The notes under the pieces are model-generated. The model was not told the origin of the DNA. It worked only from the letters and a program-made list of their open reading frames with translations, and did no database searches. From contig CM120649.1 in assembly GCA_051362555.1 (NCBI GenBank), positions 14,260,001 to 14,324,000 on the forward strand: DNA of 64,000 nt. Reading direction: 5' to 3'. The stretch is from Lingula anatina (lineage: Eukaryota > Animalia > Brachiopoda). Each line of letters begins with the position of its first letter. Within the stretch, counting starts at the first letter, position 1. The position numbers and the translations under genes are program-made. This document shows positions 23,984 through 37,134 of this stretch, in pieces.

Positions 23984-24518
23984 GGTGTATGTACAGAAAA
24001 TGCGAAAAAATGCCATAGTGCATAAGGCCTGAAGGATAATACAATGCAATGATATGTTCAGCAGACCAATAGACAGCTCAGGAAATTACTGCAGTTCTAT
24101 AACGGCGACACTAACCTGTTATGCACAAAAAAAGTCTGTCATGCAGTGACACAAACGCTAGAACTCAGACACGTAGGCCTACGTTTAAAACAAAGGTTAA
24201 CCGGTGAGTTAATTGCAGGGTAGGTCGACCCACAGTTGTGGTACAAAAGTGTCACCTCAGCCGTTCTTAAATAAACTGTGGAAATGCATCGTGTCCATCC
24301 GTTTGGGTTAAATTCGACTCCCTCCTTTTAGCACTGCTTCCAATGATCTTAATATGACCTTCACAACTCTTCCACCTGAATCGATGACCTAGATACATGC
24401 AGCCATTAATATCTGAGTTTTTACACACTATTGACCCATTTGCCAGTGCGTACGAGTGTACTTTGCAACCCGGTTGTGATTTTAGGCATGCACGAATGTG
24501 TGTGTCTGCTACTGGGTA

Positions 24519-24521
<3 letters not shown>

Positions 24522-24560
<39 letters not shown>
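24522..24560. repeat. (TG)n microsatellite
   Basis: Directly visible. Confidence 0.95.
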
Positions 24561-24564
<4 letters not shown>

Positions 24565-24888
24565 AGTGTGAATTCGTCTCACTTTTCTACAATACAGGTA
24601 CGTGCACTGGGCACAGGCGCACGTACATGTTAAATGTACATTTGTATGCATGAAGAAGCAATACACAATGGAACTTTGCGCGCGTTTTTTTTTTTTTTTT
24701 TTTTTTTTTGGTCCGTACACTGAATGTGCACCCCTTTTTGTGATAATATGTCCAAAACTGTTTGTCTATCAACCACATAATGCACGATTAACCATTTACA
24801 TGTTGTTATAGTCAGACATACTGTACATATACTACCAGTACATGCACTGTTTATTTCTTTTAACCATATATACACTTTGTGTTATGAT

Positions 24889-25020
24889 TTTTCTATTCTA
24901 GGCATCTCCGGGAAGTGTAGACAATGCCATATGAACTCAACGCTTCAGGAGCGGTGATGAGGCGCGGCATGCCGCTTCTCGGCTCCAAAAACTGCAGTCA
25001 AAAATGACGCCCGTATCCGC
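24889..25020 (+). pseudogene. Degenerate relic of exon 2 of the four-repeat secreted protein gene (third paralog fragment)
   Basis: ttctag acceptor, then ...atatgaactcaacgcttcaggagcggtgat...aaaactgcagtcaaaaatgacgcccgtatccgc, aligning to 6805-6926 with indels. Confidence 0.85.
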
Positions 25021-26135
25021 ACTACACGGGCATCTAACTTTTGAATTTTTGAATGAATATACATGTATGCGTAGCTTTAAACCGTGCTAAGTTGGTCTGC
25101 ATTATAATCATACAGCTTATATTCTAAAATATACTATGGCTATCTCTCCTCTACAATTTCCTTACTAAGGTAAAATGCTTATCCATTACAGGTCACAGTA
25201 CATGTACAAGAAAATAATGTTAAATACTACATGCTGACAGAATAAAACGTTCAAATCATTTGTTGTTAAAATATCGTTTACCTCAGCAACTACACGGTAT
25301 ATCCACGTTAATTTTTCCCAAAAGACAAACAATTAAACAACTATATAAAACAAGAATAAGTAAGCAAAAGGTAGCTCTTCAATGTGTATTAAGTTAAAGA
25401 GCTTTAAAACTGATTGTCGTAATGTACATATGCCTTTAACATTCAACATCACTTACTGAGCAATGATTTTTCTAGATGGGAATCAGAAAAACAAAATATC
25501 TTTCCTTGCTCGGCAATTTAATTCTGGAACAGTTCATGTAGGCACTTTGACTATAATATGTAGAACTAAGGGGTATGAAACTTGCATGGATTTGACCCCC
25601 TTTAACTCGTCGTACTTTTTGGGGGAATAAGAGGGGGGCAATTCAAGATCTACGCCAGGTACGTGTAGCCCCACCTCCACCCTTTCACATTACGCACATG
25701 AAAATGAACAACTAAATTAAAAAAGGATATGATCAATTGCGATAAATGAAAAAATGGATATTTATAGGGTCTTCTGATTTCATTATAGTTAAAATTTTAC
25801 AATTCTGTTATTTACTCGTCTAACACCGGTGTAAAGAAACAGAAGACCCGTATAACAGAGTCCGCCCTAAATTTAAGAGATAAAAACTGTTTGTTATGGC
25901 CTGAAAAGTGCCATAAAACGAACCTTCCTGCGGTAAGTGACAGTTAATAACAGTAAATAATTCGTTCCGGCATTCATTAGTCCACGATTTTAAAAAATTG
26001 GATTTGTAAAAAAATCTTTTAGTCTCAAAATAAGTGTCTCGGCGTTAAAACCTACTGTTACCCCATGGTCTTAACATAACAGCTACACGAACTATTCACA
26101 AATTGCTGCAAAGAGATCGTTTCATGTTTTCCGTT

Positions 26136-29100
26136 TCAAGTTTTCCGCTTCACCGGTAGTCGGCTAACTCCAGCTTTACTCTGCTGACTTGTCTGAGACC
26201 GCGGCTGCGACGACTGATCCTTCTCCAACTTAGCCAAACGTCTCTGTCTTAACTCATCGGGTGATAAAAGTCTGCCGGTCAAGACACTGGCCTGTGGGGT
26301 TGACGACGGGCGAGGAGAACCATTCTGCCGCTCTGTGGAGTTATTTGATGCTGAAAGAAAAGGAGAATATGAACGTTTTATGTTTAAAGCGAGAGTTTGC
26401 TGGGTTGTCGCTGATAAATCAGTAGGCCTACGTAGGCGTACAGTGTACACGCCATCAACCACTGCATAGCACGTCAAATTGAAGGGGAAACGTTTCAAAG
26501 CATACATGGACTGGCAGACCAAACTTAAAGCAGTCAACACTGAGCGTACCAGTACCGTTCGTTAAAATATAAATCAATAAAAATAATGAAAACCATTAAT
26601 TAGTGACGGAGAAACCATTGCCACAAATACATGTGATATAAATGTGATTGTCGCCAATGCTGAAAGCAATGTAGAATGTTTTCCTGGGCCCCGTAACTCG
26701 AAAGCACCGCGCATTGCGATCGAGTAGCGAATTCACATAGAGGCTACAGTGTATTATTATATGGGGCGAGTATGTGCGAGTTATGGAATCGAGACGCCTA
26801 CGCTCGATGCGCCATGCTTTGAGTTACGTGGCCCTGAACTGCACGCATAAGCGCCTCTAATACGGTGTAACATAAGCATCAGCTGTTGATTGCCGATGGG
26901 TTATGACTACTTATGTATAAAAAAAAAGAGCTATAAATTTCCTTGTAATTGGTTATACCAAGAACAGGAATTCCATTTTCCTTGGGCAGCCGTGTCGATA
27001 CGGTTTCCAAATTTGCTTTCTCGCTATCCACTGCTGTCACAGAATGTTCCTTCCCTTTGGATACATGTATCTCGCACAATAAGGGGGGATCTGGTTTTGA
27101 AGAAAGACCGTTATTTCTTTTCTTTTTCTCAGGTTCCTGGATTCTTGCAGGTAGAGGTTTCTTCATTCTAGACATCAGAAAGGTTCCTTCTTTGGAAGCC
27201 AAATGTGAAGTAGAGGTTGGTGTCTTGCCAGACGAAGCATCCTCATAACTATTTGTACTTGTGATACGGGACGTCTTCGCCTCTTCTGTGGCTTCATCTT
27301 CTTCCTCAGATACTTCACACTGTTCAAGTTGTGATTTTGATAAAGCATCTAAAACTTTACCACATTCCAGAGATAAAAGTTCCTGTATCTTATCATAATC
27401 ATTCTCATCGTATTTTGTATGTAAATCATTCCTCGTTAAGTTCATATCATGAGGATTGCCATCTGTGGTCTTTTCAAAACTGGAACCTCCTTGTTTCGCA
27501 TTTCTGGGACTTGAAGAGATCTCTGTAGAGTCCTCCTCGTTTCCTAGTGGTGGGAAAATGTCTGAATAAACTCACGTTAATCCATTTTCTGGTTAGTACT
27601 GGTGTGACACCCATCAGAGTTATCCCAACACCGATTGCAACCAAGGTAATTTTATAGTAGTTATATTCAGGCCTACCCAACTACCAGACTCGGCACCGAA
27701 TGATCCTGAATTCACCGGTGGATCAGACCACACTACCCGTTTTCAAGGTGTGAGTCAGTACGCATTACACAGTATCATACCCTGAACAAATTTTGAGTGG
27801 TGATGCAATGCTTTTCAACCCCGCTGAGAATCGTCACTATCACATCGTGTACTAGGCAAGAGCGGTGTCGCGTCTGATACTGTGAAATGCGTACTGATAC
27901 ACACCTTGAAAACGGGTAGTGTGGTCCGATTTACCGGTGAATTCAGGATCATTCGGTGCCGAGTCTGGTAGTTGGGTAGGCCTGATATTGAGACCGTGTC
28001 ATATACAGCAGGGTCGTAGGCTGAGTAAAAATCCTTGGGACGAGGGGGGGGGGGGGGGCAGGGTTTCAATTCAGGTCATATCTACTGCCTGAGGTCCTCG
28101 TCTTGACGCCACCCTGAGCTTCAGAGTTAACTTGACACTAACCTCTTCACAATAGCCTATCTTCATCGTGTCAAGTTACCTCTGACGAAAATAGTTTGAC
28201 CTAGTTTATATAAGCCAATCGAATCCAAGTTTCAAAATTTTTCACCAAAGTTTGGTGAAAACGCTGATTGGTTGACCGTCAACCGGTAATCCTCGGCTGA
28301 TTCCGCAAGCTCCATACTAACAACAAAGTTATTGTCGAGTGCGGAGACATCCGAGTAGTTCTGAGTGCATAACCGTACACAAAGAAAGCATGGCGTCTCC
28401 TACGAGTGACTACGTAAAATAATGTGTTAAGTTATCTCTTGATTCTTTGCAAAATATGAGTATATCGGAATTGAAACCAGAGCAGTTGGAGGCCCTGCAT
28501 CATTATCTATTGAGGGATGATGTATTTTGCGTGCTGCCCACAGGTTACGGCAAGTCCCTGATATTCAGCCTTATCTTTGATTGGTCCGGATTTGAACAAA
28601 GCGCGCTTTGACTCGTTCGCGTTCATTGGCTAGATCGTTCAGTGAGTTGTTGAGTGCGGGCTTTAAATTTGATTGGCGGGCGGCGGGGGCAATCGAATGT
28701 GGTCAGAGGTAACTTGACACGATGAAGATAGGCTATAGTGAAGAGGTTACTGTCAAGTTATCTCTGATGCTCAGGGTGCTTGACGCTGACGAAAGGAACA
28801 ATAATACCCTTCTAATTGGCTGGGAGAGAGGAAAAGGCTAAGTATCTTTAAGTATCTCCAAATAATTTTACTTTAGAAAACTTCACCCCCCCCCCCTGCA
28901 GCCTACGGCCCTGTGAGTCTTCTAATAAATGTACTTGAAAACAGGTATATACATGTAAATGTACTTGAAAAGGGGGATAACAATGAAATATTTCAAAATA
29001 CAAGAGCAATTTTATCAAAGGAATTGGAGAGAGATCTCCATGAAGATTAATAACAATGTATGAAAAATGAAGCATACACAAATAGCCAGAAAAGATAATT

Positions 29101-30593
29101 GTATTTTTTATAGTACAAACATGCATGATAGCTGTACAGTGGTGATCATTACCAAACTAAAAACAACTTCAATTATTCTGAACATTATGATTATTAAATG
29201 TCTTTCAAGATTAAATTTTTAATTATATACATATTTGTGAAACATTATCTGCTGATTTCAACTCTTTTTTGGACTTTCAACAGAACCACAGACATTGCCA
29301 ACAAAATGAGTGTTTGAGAGTAAAAAATTAGTAAAAATGAAACAGATGCTGCTTGTGGTGAGTTTCCAATGCGCATGCACCTGTGGAGTCTTGAAAATGA
29401 TAAAAAATGCAAAGCTACGGACCTCAAGCTCAAGATGTGATGACTGTATGATTGACCATTGCAGTTACAGGAGCGAAAGTTATTAAAGTAGAAAAAAAAA
29501 TTAATTTGTAAACTTAACACATAGAATCAAGACATTAAAAGTAATAAATGGTTAATAACTTGAGGATTTTAAACAGGCTGTCATGGAATGGCATTATTAA
29601 GAAGCTACATGTATGACCCATGTGAGCATGCAAAAAATAAATTCACATCATCTGAACAAACAGACAGACTAAGACAATAAAAATAAAAGTGTACCTGTAT
29701 GCAAGTTTACATTTGAAACTTATTCTAAATTTTAGATCTTAAGAATTTTTTTATTAATTTAATCATGTCTGACTTCATATATAAATTCATACATATCTAC
29801 TTAGTATTAGTATAATAAGTCTTAGTACAAAACAATATGGTAATTTCTCGAACTTTTCAATGGCAAAAACTTGTGAATTTTACAAAAACTGTATTTTTCT
29901 AAGTCATAACTTCTTCAATATTCAACATTCTTGTTGAGTGGTAGCAACAAAATAAAAAGGCAGGCCATAAATTCTATATAGAAATATAAATTTTGTTATT
30001 ATAAAATCATGTATCTAAAAGTTTGATTACTAAAGGCCATTGACAAGATTGAGTTACTACCATAACTCAGTCAATGGTTTATAAACATATGTCTTATCTG
30101 AAAGATATGTAACAGTAAACACTCAGGCCCTTTGCACATCAAGCAGTCCAGTTTTTTGTACTGGACCAGTTTGACTGGTCTTAACATTACACTACTAGTC
30201 TTATATTGAACCAATGAAAATAAATCTGGTCAAGATGGTAAACTGGCCATGTTGGGGACAAGGGCTCTGTTTAGGCAAGGAATTGCTGGTTTAAGTGGCT
30301 TTTTCATAAAATAACAAGGCCATTGAGATTTTAATCATTCAAACTGGATCCGTACAGAAAACTGATGTGCAAAAGGACCTTAAAATGATTCAGTGAAGGA
30401 ACAGAGAAAGACAAGCTACTGGGGTATAGACGCTCAGATTAATTCAGCTTATCTACCATCGTCTGCAGACTGCCCAGTGGTCACATGATCTTCCTCCTCT
30501 GCCCCGTCATCTGTATAATGGGTAACTGGAACTACCTGGATGCCTTGAAGACATGGAAATTTATAACAATTTCAGGCCATTCAGTCTCTCTCT

Positions 30594-30632
<39 letters not shown>

Positions 30633-33600
30633 CCTGCTTACAATTGACAGATCTAGGATTTTGCCAAAAAAAGTTGTGACAAAAGGAAAGAAATGTACAT
30701 ATTAAAAAAATGGATGATTAATATGTAGGGATAGAGAAATGACTTAATTTTGTTTCATTTTGCTGAAATTACTCCTCTTTGGGATGGGAGGGGGGGGGGC
30801 TCAAGAGCTAAGGGCAGGAGATGGGCCTGCCCTTGGATCTGCCATTAAATAGTTGATGAATCATTATGATATCTTTGGGAAGAACCTATAGAAATTGATA
30901 CAACAATCACACACAACACCAACTTGCAATACATTTCAGTCCCATTTGTCAATGATATTTTTATGCTGAGAACTTTTTTTATCAAGATACAAACTTTCTA
31001 AAGCTTCCAGCTTAGATTCATACTCACTGTCTGCCATGCTCTCCTCCATTGCTCTTCTATACTGCTCTTCCTCTGTGAGGCCTCCTGTGTAGAGTTTGGA
31101 GTTATATGATCTACCACTTCCTGAAATATTACAATATTGAAAAATATAAATGCATAGATTTACTAGTACTGTCATATGTATAAAAAGCATATCAAGGCTA
31201 TTATCTACTTAAGTTATCACTCTTCAAAAATAATTTTAAGAAAAGAATGTTTATTGTTAAAATAATATTCCTTTTCTCGTATTTTTTTAAATAAAAAGAA
31301 TTGTTAAAATAATAAAAAACATAATCAGTGCAAGATGAACAGCATACAGTACCTCCTAAATTGTAACCTTGACCCTGATTTGATCCCTGACCTCTGAACT
31401 GCCTCCAACCACTGGCTCTACTTGTTGGTGTGAATCTTCTCGCGTCAGCTGCAAATAATTCAGTTGTTTCAGGCTTTTATATATTTATGTACTATCATGT
31501 GCACTGAACATTCAGATATTTTGTATGACAACTACAGAATCATGAAAACAATCAAAATAATACTGGCAGAATGACAGCTCCAAAGAACAAAAGACAAATT
31601 ATTTAATGTTTTTTTTTATATATTTATTAGATCTGTGAAAAAAAAATGTGAGATTTAATTGGTAGAAAAGAATGGAATCTAAAACAATACCCTCCCCCCC
31701 CTCCCCGAGCCTTGTTTATATGTCATGATATCTTTACAAGAGCCAATGACAACATTTGCCTCAGGTCTAATGATGCAGTCATTTCACTATGGTACAAAGG
31801 GAAAATTGGCCCACATCAGGTGCTGTTTTGGTTTGGTGGAGTAACAAAATGTTTTTTTTTTCTTAGTTTAACCTCAGTGACCTGATAAATTTATTTTGCA
31901 GTCATTTACTGGGAGAATGGGGTATTGAATGAGACCAGGAATACTAGTAAATTTCTGTATTGGGGTGTGGCTAGCACCTCACCCAATACTGGTATTATTC
32001 AATTGCAAGGATCTCATGCCATTCCTTACCAACCAAGCAAGTGACTGCACGTTAAATAATAATACATACTTATTATTTAACTATACCTATACCTACTGGC
32101 AGTGCACATACTCATAACTACTTACCACTGTCAGTGCCCATACAAATGAATCTAGCTACAGGGGTATGTACACAAATAAGTGCATGGATGTACATGCACA
32201 CTTTTATATACATATCATATACAAACTAGTGCACACACTAACACTCACAGACGCACACATAGAGAGAGAGAGAGAGATACCTGGACTAATAATACTGTCC
32301 ATGATGTATTTCAGAGGACCCTTCATGTATGCCAGTCCCACCAAAATGCCAGCCAGGTGACCTGCAAGTTGAGATAATCAGATTTAATTACTTTTATAAT
32401 TTATGTACTAGTGCTAGTACTGACTACAAAAGTGTCACCAATACCGGTATATATTGCAGATAACATCTGGGTGTTAACTGAGAAGAAATGAATGGATTTG
32501 CCATGTTGTGTTTCTTAAAATTTATGACCTCAGAAATAAATAAATACCTGGTATTTCAGTGTCTTCAACTACATGTATCAAATTACTGTTGCGAGGACTT
32601 GACTTGAATGTTATAAGTTTTAAAAAAAGAATAACATTCAACTATTTATTCTTATTTTTCAAGTCACAGTCAATTTTCTTAAGGAGAAAAATCCCACCAT
32701 CCAACAAAAAGTCCAAATGCACTTTACAGGGTGGGGTGAGCAGACGACAAATCAGTCATGCAGGTGAGATTTACGTCCAACTCCAATTTCACATCAATTC
32801 ACGAATCCAATCCCAACAGATATATATATGCTCATGTTTCACCCCAGCAGAGTGATTCAAAATTTTGTTTGCATACACCACATACACACTGAATGCGGTC
32901 ACATTTGGGTTAAGCTGAAAATAACCTTTTGAGGTCTTATGAGAGTTTTAGCTCTGTGGAATGTAGTTGTGTCAATATGTATTCATGCTACATAATCCTT
33001 CTTGAAAGAAAATGCTGTCAACTTTAGAGAATGATGTGCATGTCGTACATGAATGCATGTAATCTTAAGTTAAGCTGTATGACCATTGCAAGGTTAAATG
33101 AAGTGTCTGTGTGTGCGTGTCCATATTTTAGCGTGTGCTTGTATATGTTTTCATGTGCGTGTGTGTGTGTGTGTATGTGTGTGTGTGCTAGTATTTTTGA
33201 AAATGCATGCAAGTCTGCCTGTACTTTCATGGGTGTGTGCATGTGCATAGTATAATTTTTAAAATGAACTTGACTAAAATCAACAAGGTATTTCCCCAAG
33301 TTAATTCCAAAGCACATTTAGATAATAAAGAATAGTGTAAATTCATTTGTCTGAACATTCTGTATCAGGAAATACATAGATATTTTAGTATCATTTTAGA
33401 AAAAAATTAATGGAAGTAAAAATAGCATTTTTAACACAGAACATCTGAAAGTTTACTAACATTACTTTTATATAATTTAATGTAAAGAAGACATATAGAA
33501 TATTTAATTACAATTTTGTCACAGACAATATATGGAAGTTAAAATAACATTTCTAACTTTAGATCTATGGGAGTTTCTTTACCACTAACAGTTTATATAA

Positions 33601-34448
33601 TAACAAAAAAGATACATCACCTGTAAATGAGGCATTGGGTACCAGTAACTGTATCACTCCCAGCTCCACCCAGCAGGCTATCCTGGAGGGGACAGGGATC
33701 CCCATCACATACTGAATACCTGGGGGCAGGTAGTAAGTTGTCACCACCTTCAGGGCAAATATCACACCTGGAAAACAGATACAGGTATGTGTAGTAGGTG
33801 GTTAACACCTTCAAGATAGATATCACACCTGGAAAACATTCAGATATATTACTCATAAATTCAAGAAAACTGGGGTTATTTGATTTAAGTTTACTTCAAA
33901 TTAGGAAGAAAAAGAGGGAGTACAAAGGGGTAATTAGTCTATCCAACCCTGTTGTTTGTATATAAACATACTTCTGTGATGCCAAACAACTCACCAGAGA
34001 ATCCAACAGCACATGTGGACAAGTAGTGGTCATTCTCATAAATATTGGCTGCAGCAGTGTCCAGCAATAACAGGGTGCAGTTGACCAGTACAGAAAATAC
34101 TGCTATGAGATATGCAAAATACAAGCTGCCCAGTCTCTTCTCTAAGCTGATACCTTTCCACAGAAATGACACCATGTTATAGTAAAGATGCCACTCGTGA
34201 GCATGAAAAAATGCTGCCAATAGGAGGCGCTGCCAGTCTTTTCGATACCAAACATTAACGACACTGACACAGACTTGTCCAATGGATGGATATTTTAGGT
34301 CGAAAAGACCGAGGAATACTGCAGTGTTGCCAAATATTGTAGCTAAGGTTACTGGTGGTATATTGTCAAGTCCAACGTTCAGAAGTTGCATCACTAAAAG
34401 CATTAAACCGAGGCCTGGACCTCGCCTCTGTCTGCTACCCCGAAACAT
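26136..34448 (-). CDS. RHBDD1: Rhomboid-related protein 4 (RHBDD1/RHBDL4) orthologue, ~585 aa, with extended C-terminal tail
   Basis: Exons 34448-33995, 33767-33621, 32361-32281, 31448-31353, 31120-31028, 30543-30457, 27543-26959, 26350-26136 total 1758 nt, all introns phase 1. Motifs: IPPVTLAT, WQRL, HLYYNM, catalytic GFSG and GHLAG, UIM YTGGLTEEEQYRRAMEES, VBM SPDELRQRRLAKL. Joining of the last three exons is less certain than the core. Confidence 0.88.
26687..26833. mobile_element. Short MITE with CTG flanks in RHBDD1 last intron
   Basis: ctg|ggccccgtaactcgaaagca ... tgctttgagttacgtggcc|ctg, imperfect TIR. Confidence 0.6.
27668..27984. mobile_element. 317-bp MITE with ~110-bp TIRs and 5-bp TSD (ATATT)
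   Basis: atatt|caggcctacccaactaccagactcggcaccgaatgatcctgaattcaccgg... and ...ccggtgaattcaggatcattcggtgccgagtctggtagttgggtaggcctg|atatt. Confidence 0.9.
28009..28913. mobile_element. hAT-like poly-G/poly-C MITE hosting the nested element at 28110-28778
   Basis: TIR cagggtcgtaggctg / cagcctacggccctg with subterminal G and C runs. No clear TSD. Confidence 0.55.
28110..28778 (+). mobile_element. Non-autonomous TIR element with a RecQ-type helicase fragment (Academ/AcademH-like)
   Basis: ~77-bp TIRs (caccctgagcttcagagttaacttgac...) and 8-bp TSD CTTGACGC at 28102-28109 and 28779-28786. 28390-28568 encodes MASPTSDYVK*...LKPEQLEAL...DVFCVLPTGYGKSLIF (Q motif plus Walker A). Confidence 0.8.
30125..30380. 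mobile_element. MITE in RHBDD1 intron
   Basis: Imperfect TIR: aggccctttgcacatca...ccagtttga / tcaaactgga...tgatgtgcaaaaggacct. Confidence 0.6.
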
Positions 34449-35226
34449 GGTTATTTAGTACTCTACGTTGCTGTGGAAAATTGCCTCTCAGTATGCAACC
34501 TTCTACTGCGGGTGTCTTCTTTTGCCAATAAGTTTAATTCGTTTGTCAGTGCTGAACAGACAAATGTAAAATCTGAAAAAGGCAAAAATATATATATATA
34601 TATAAGCAAACTCACTTGTAGCCATTAAGGTACACACACTTTGTAAATGTAAATTATAACAGCCTGGTACATGCATGTACATGTACCGGTTTAAAATGTT
34701 CCTCCTCTATTCTAGAGTATATTATCACATCATGTTAAATTTTTATAATAATTTAATATTTCAAGCACAAAGCAATATGGACAACATTATGTAGACTGAT
34801 GTCTGATGCTTTAAATGTTTCAAATTGTAACCCAGAATCCGGTGTACTGAGGATGAAGTTAAACTCTGCTTCAAGTTCAATATACGATTGCTTACTGGTA
34901 ACTACTCAGTAACCAGAATATTCAGTTTCGAGCATTAGTATGTGGATTTTAGTACACTCATCATTGTGTTCGATGCATCCTAATAATCCAGCGCGCTGAG
35001 AAGGCGACAGAAAACGTAAATAGAAGTGCTCAAGACAGAAATATTTGGCACCCGTTTTCTGTCCACTGAAATTTCCGACCCATGTCAAGTGATGTATGGG
35101 TATATTAAACATTTGCAAACGTACTGCACACTGACAAACACCAAGCTCAAATGTTATTTTACACACTCATCCAGTTACACTGGTTAATGATAAATATGTG
35201 GAAACGATTTTTATGTTATAACTTAC

Positions 35227-35330
35227 CTCTCTTTAGGAACACGTCAGCTTATAATCCCCACATTGACTTCACGCACTTGCGATCTCACGGTGGCGACATC
35301 TTGTAGCCTCGAAGTGAAATGTGACGTCAA
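35227..35330 (-). promoter_or_regulatory. Probable RHBDD1 non-coding first exon and core promoter with CRE/ATF palindrome
   Basis: Donor AG|GTAAGT at ~35221-35226, acceptor ttttcag at ~34573, TGACGTCA at 35322-35329. Confidence 0.4.
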
Positions 35331-37134
35331 AGGGGATTCCGTTCTATATTTAGAATATTCCTTCGCAATATTTTCTTAAAGATTTCATTTATCATTGCGG
35401 TAGTTTAATATCATCATATTAATATTTTTAAACAAATTGAAAAATGAATAAAATATAAATTGTATTTGTATTACATTTGAATTGTATTGTATTACAGTCT
35501 TGTACCAGTAAGAACATAAAATAGACCTAAATTAATTAACTTACAATGTACATGTATTACAATTTTCTTAAAGCAGTCCCACAAGCGTTTATCTACTTTA
35601 TTTTATTTATTTGCTTAACCTGAAAGTTACGACTATTTTAACAAGAAATTCTAATGTGAACATCAGTCAAAATGAGCACGTGTCATGTGTCTCATACATA
35701 ATTTTAGAATGGTGACTTCAAATATCTGTGTGCTATTTTGCTCTTTTAAAGCGGATATAATTCAATTTCCTTTTATGATTGCTTGTTTTATTATCATAAT
35801 AATTTTATCAAAGTTTCCAATCATGCTCATTTTCACAATTTATTTCTCTTAGTGTCAGCAGCAGCAGTAGAGTGGTGGTGGTAGTATTAGCAGCAGCGGC
35901 AGCTATAAATTATAGTATAATAGTAGTACTACATGTACCCCCCCCCCCCCCCCCCCCCCGCAGTAGTGTATAGTGGCAAGTATGTAGGCCTATATGTATG
36001 TAAGTTAATAAAGAATTATCTAACTTGTAATTTATCAACAAGTTTAGGATATCGGCATCAGATATATTAAATTCACCTTGACACTATTCATCCAGCAACT
36101 GCAATGTGGTGTCAGGCGTTAGTTACATTTTAAATTTTTCGTTGTGTTAGAGGAGACACAAAGTATTGCGCCGGGAGGCGGCTCTGGGTGATACTTCCGT
36201 GTGAGGGTAATTGGCTTGCTATAGCCTATTTTACACAACTGTAATAAACATAAAATCAGGTGCAACAAATAGACCAGTAACGAGTTTTATTATCGTCATA
36301 ACATTAATCTAGAACACGCGAAAAAATACAGTTTGCTTATGCCTGCAGTAGCCATACATTGCAAATGCTGCACAATTCGTTTTGTTATCCGATGTTTTTT
36401 AAATAAACTGAAGATGACAAACAAATCTTAAGACGATTGGTAGGCTCATTGATGTCAGAACCTCTCTTTCATGTAAATAACCGTGCCTTGACAACGAGGT
36501 TGCGTACATGTATAAGAGAATATAGAGTAAACTGCCACAAAGAAGAAACAGACGAACCCTACATGCAGAAGCCAGCTTCCATGTTGAAACATTTTTTCTT
36601 TATTACTGTAATGTTCTTGAAAGAGCGATCTTTTCTAACACTTTCTAAGAAAGACAGTCTGGTATTTATGATTTTTATCAACGTTAAATGTTTTATGTAT
36701 AAACGCTGAATTTATTGTGGCCTTACGAGAGTTTACATGTAGGAAGGAATATAAAAGCTTGGAACATCAAATATAGATAGTTGTATTGTCTATGCCCTAA
36801 TCGCGGATCCCGCTGGCCAATCTAAATGTTTGCATAGCAAATATACTAATACAGATCACTATTAGGCTCAAATTACGTAAATACAATCCAAACTTCTAAC
36901 CAATACAATAAAGTACATGCTCTACAAATTGTATAAAATTCCCCATGGTTTTTCCAGAGTAATTTCATAAGTGGCTGCAGTCATGTTCGTAGCACTGTTG
37001 ACTTAAGCATTTCTATATGGTGCTAGGTAAACCTACATCCACCTGTCTCTGTCGTTATCCTAAGCCGTAGTGGGAGCTATCTTATGGGTCTATATCACAT
37101 GTACTATATTTTTTTGTTAAATCCAACACATTAA

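Noticed and set aside
23984-24049. Upstream ATGs extending the carboxylesterase N-terminus
   Set aside because: ATG 23983 has a good context (ACCATGG) and gives a normal-length signal peptide; the extension adds nothing recognisable.
26879-27445. 188-aa ORF as a separate gene
   Set aside because: It has a phase-compatible acceptor (27543) and donor (26959) and fits between the RHBDD1 UIM and VBM exons.
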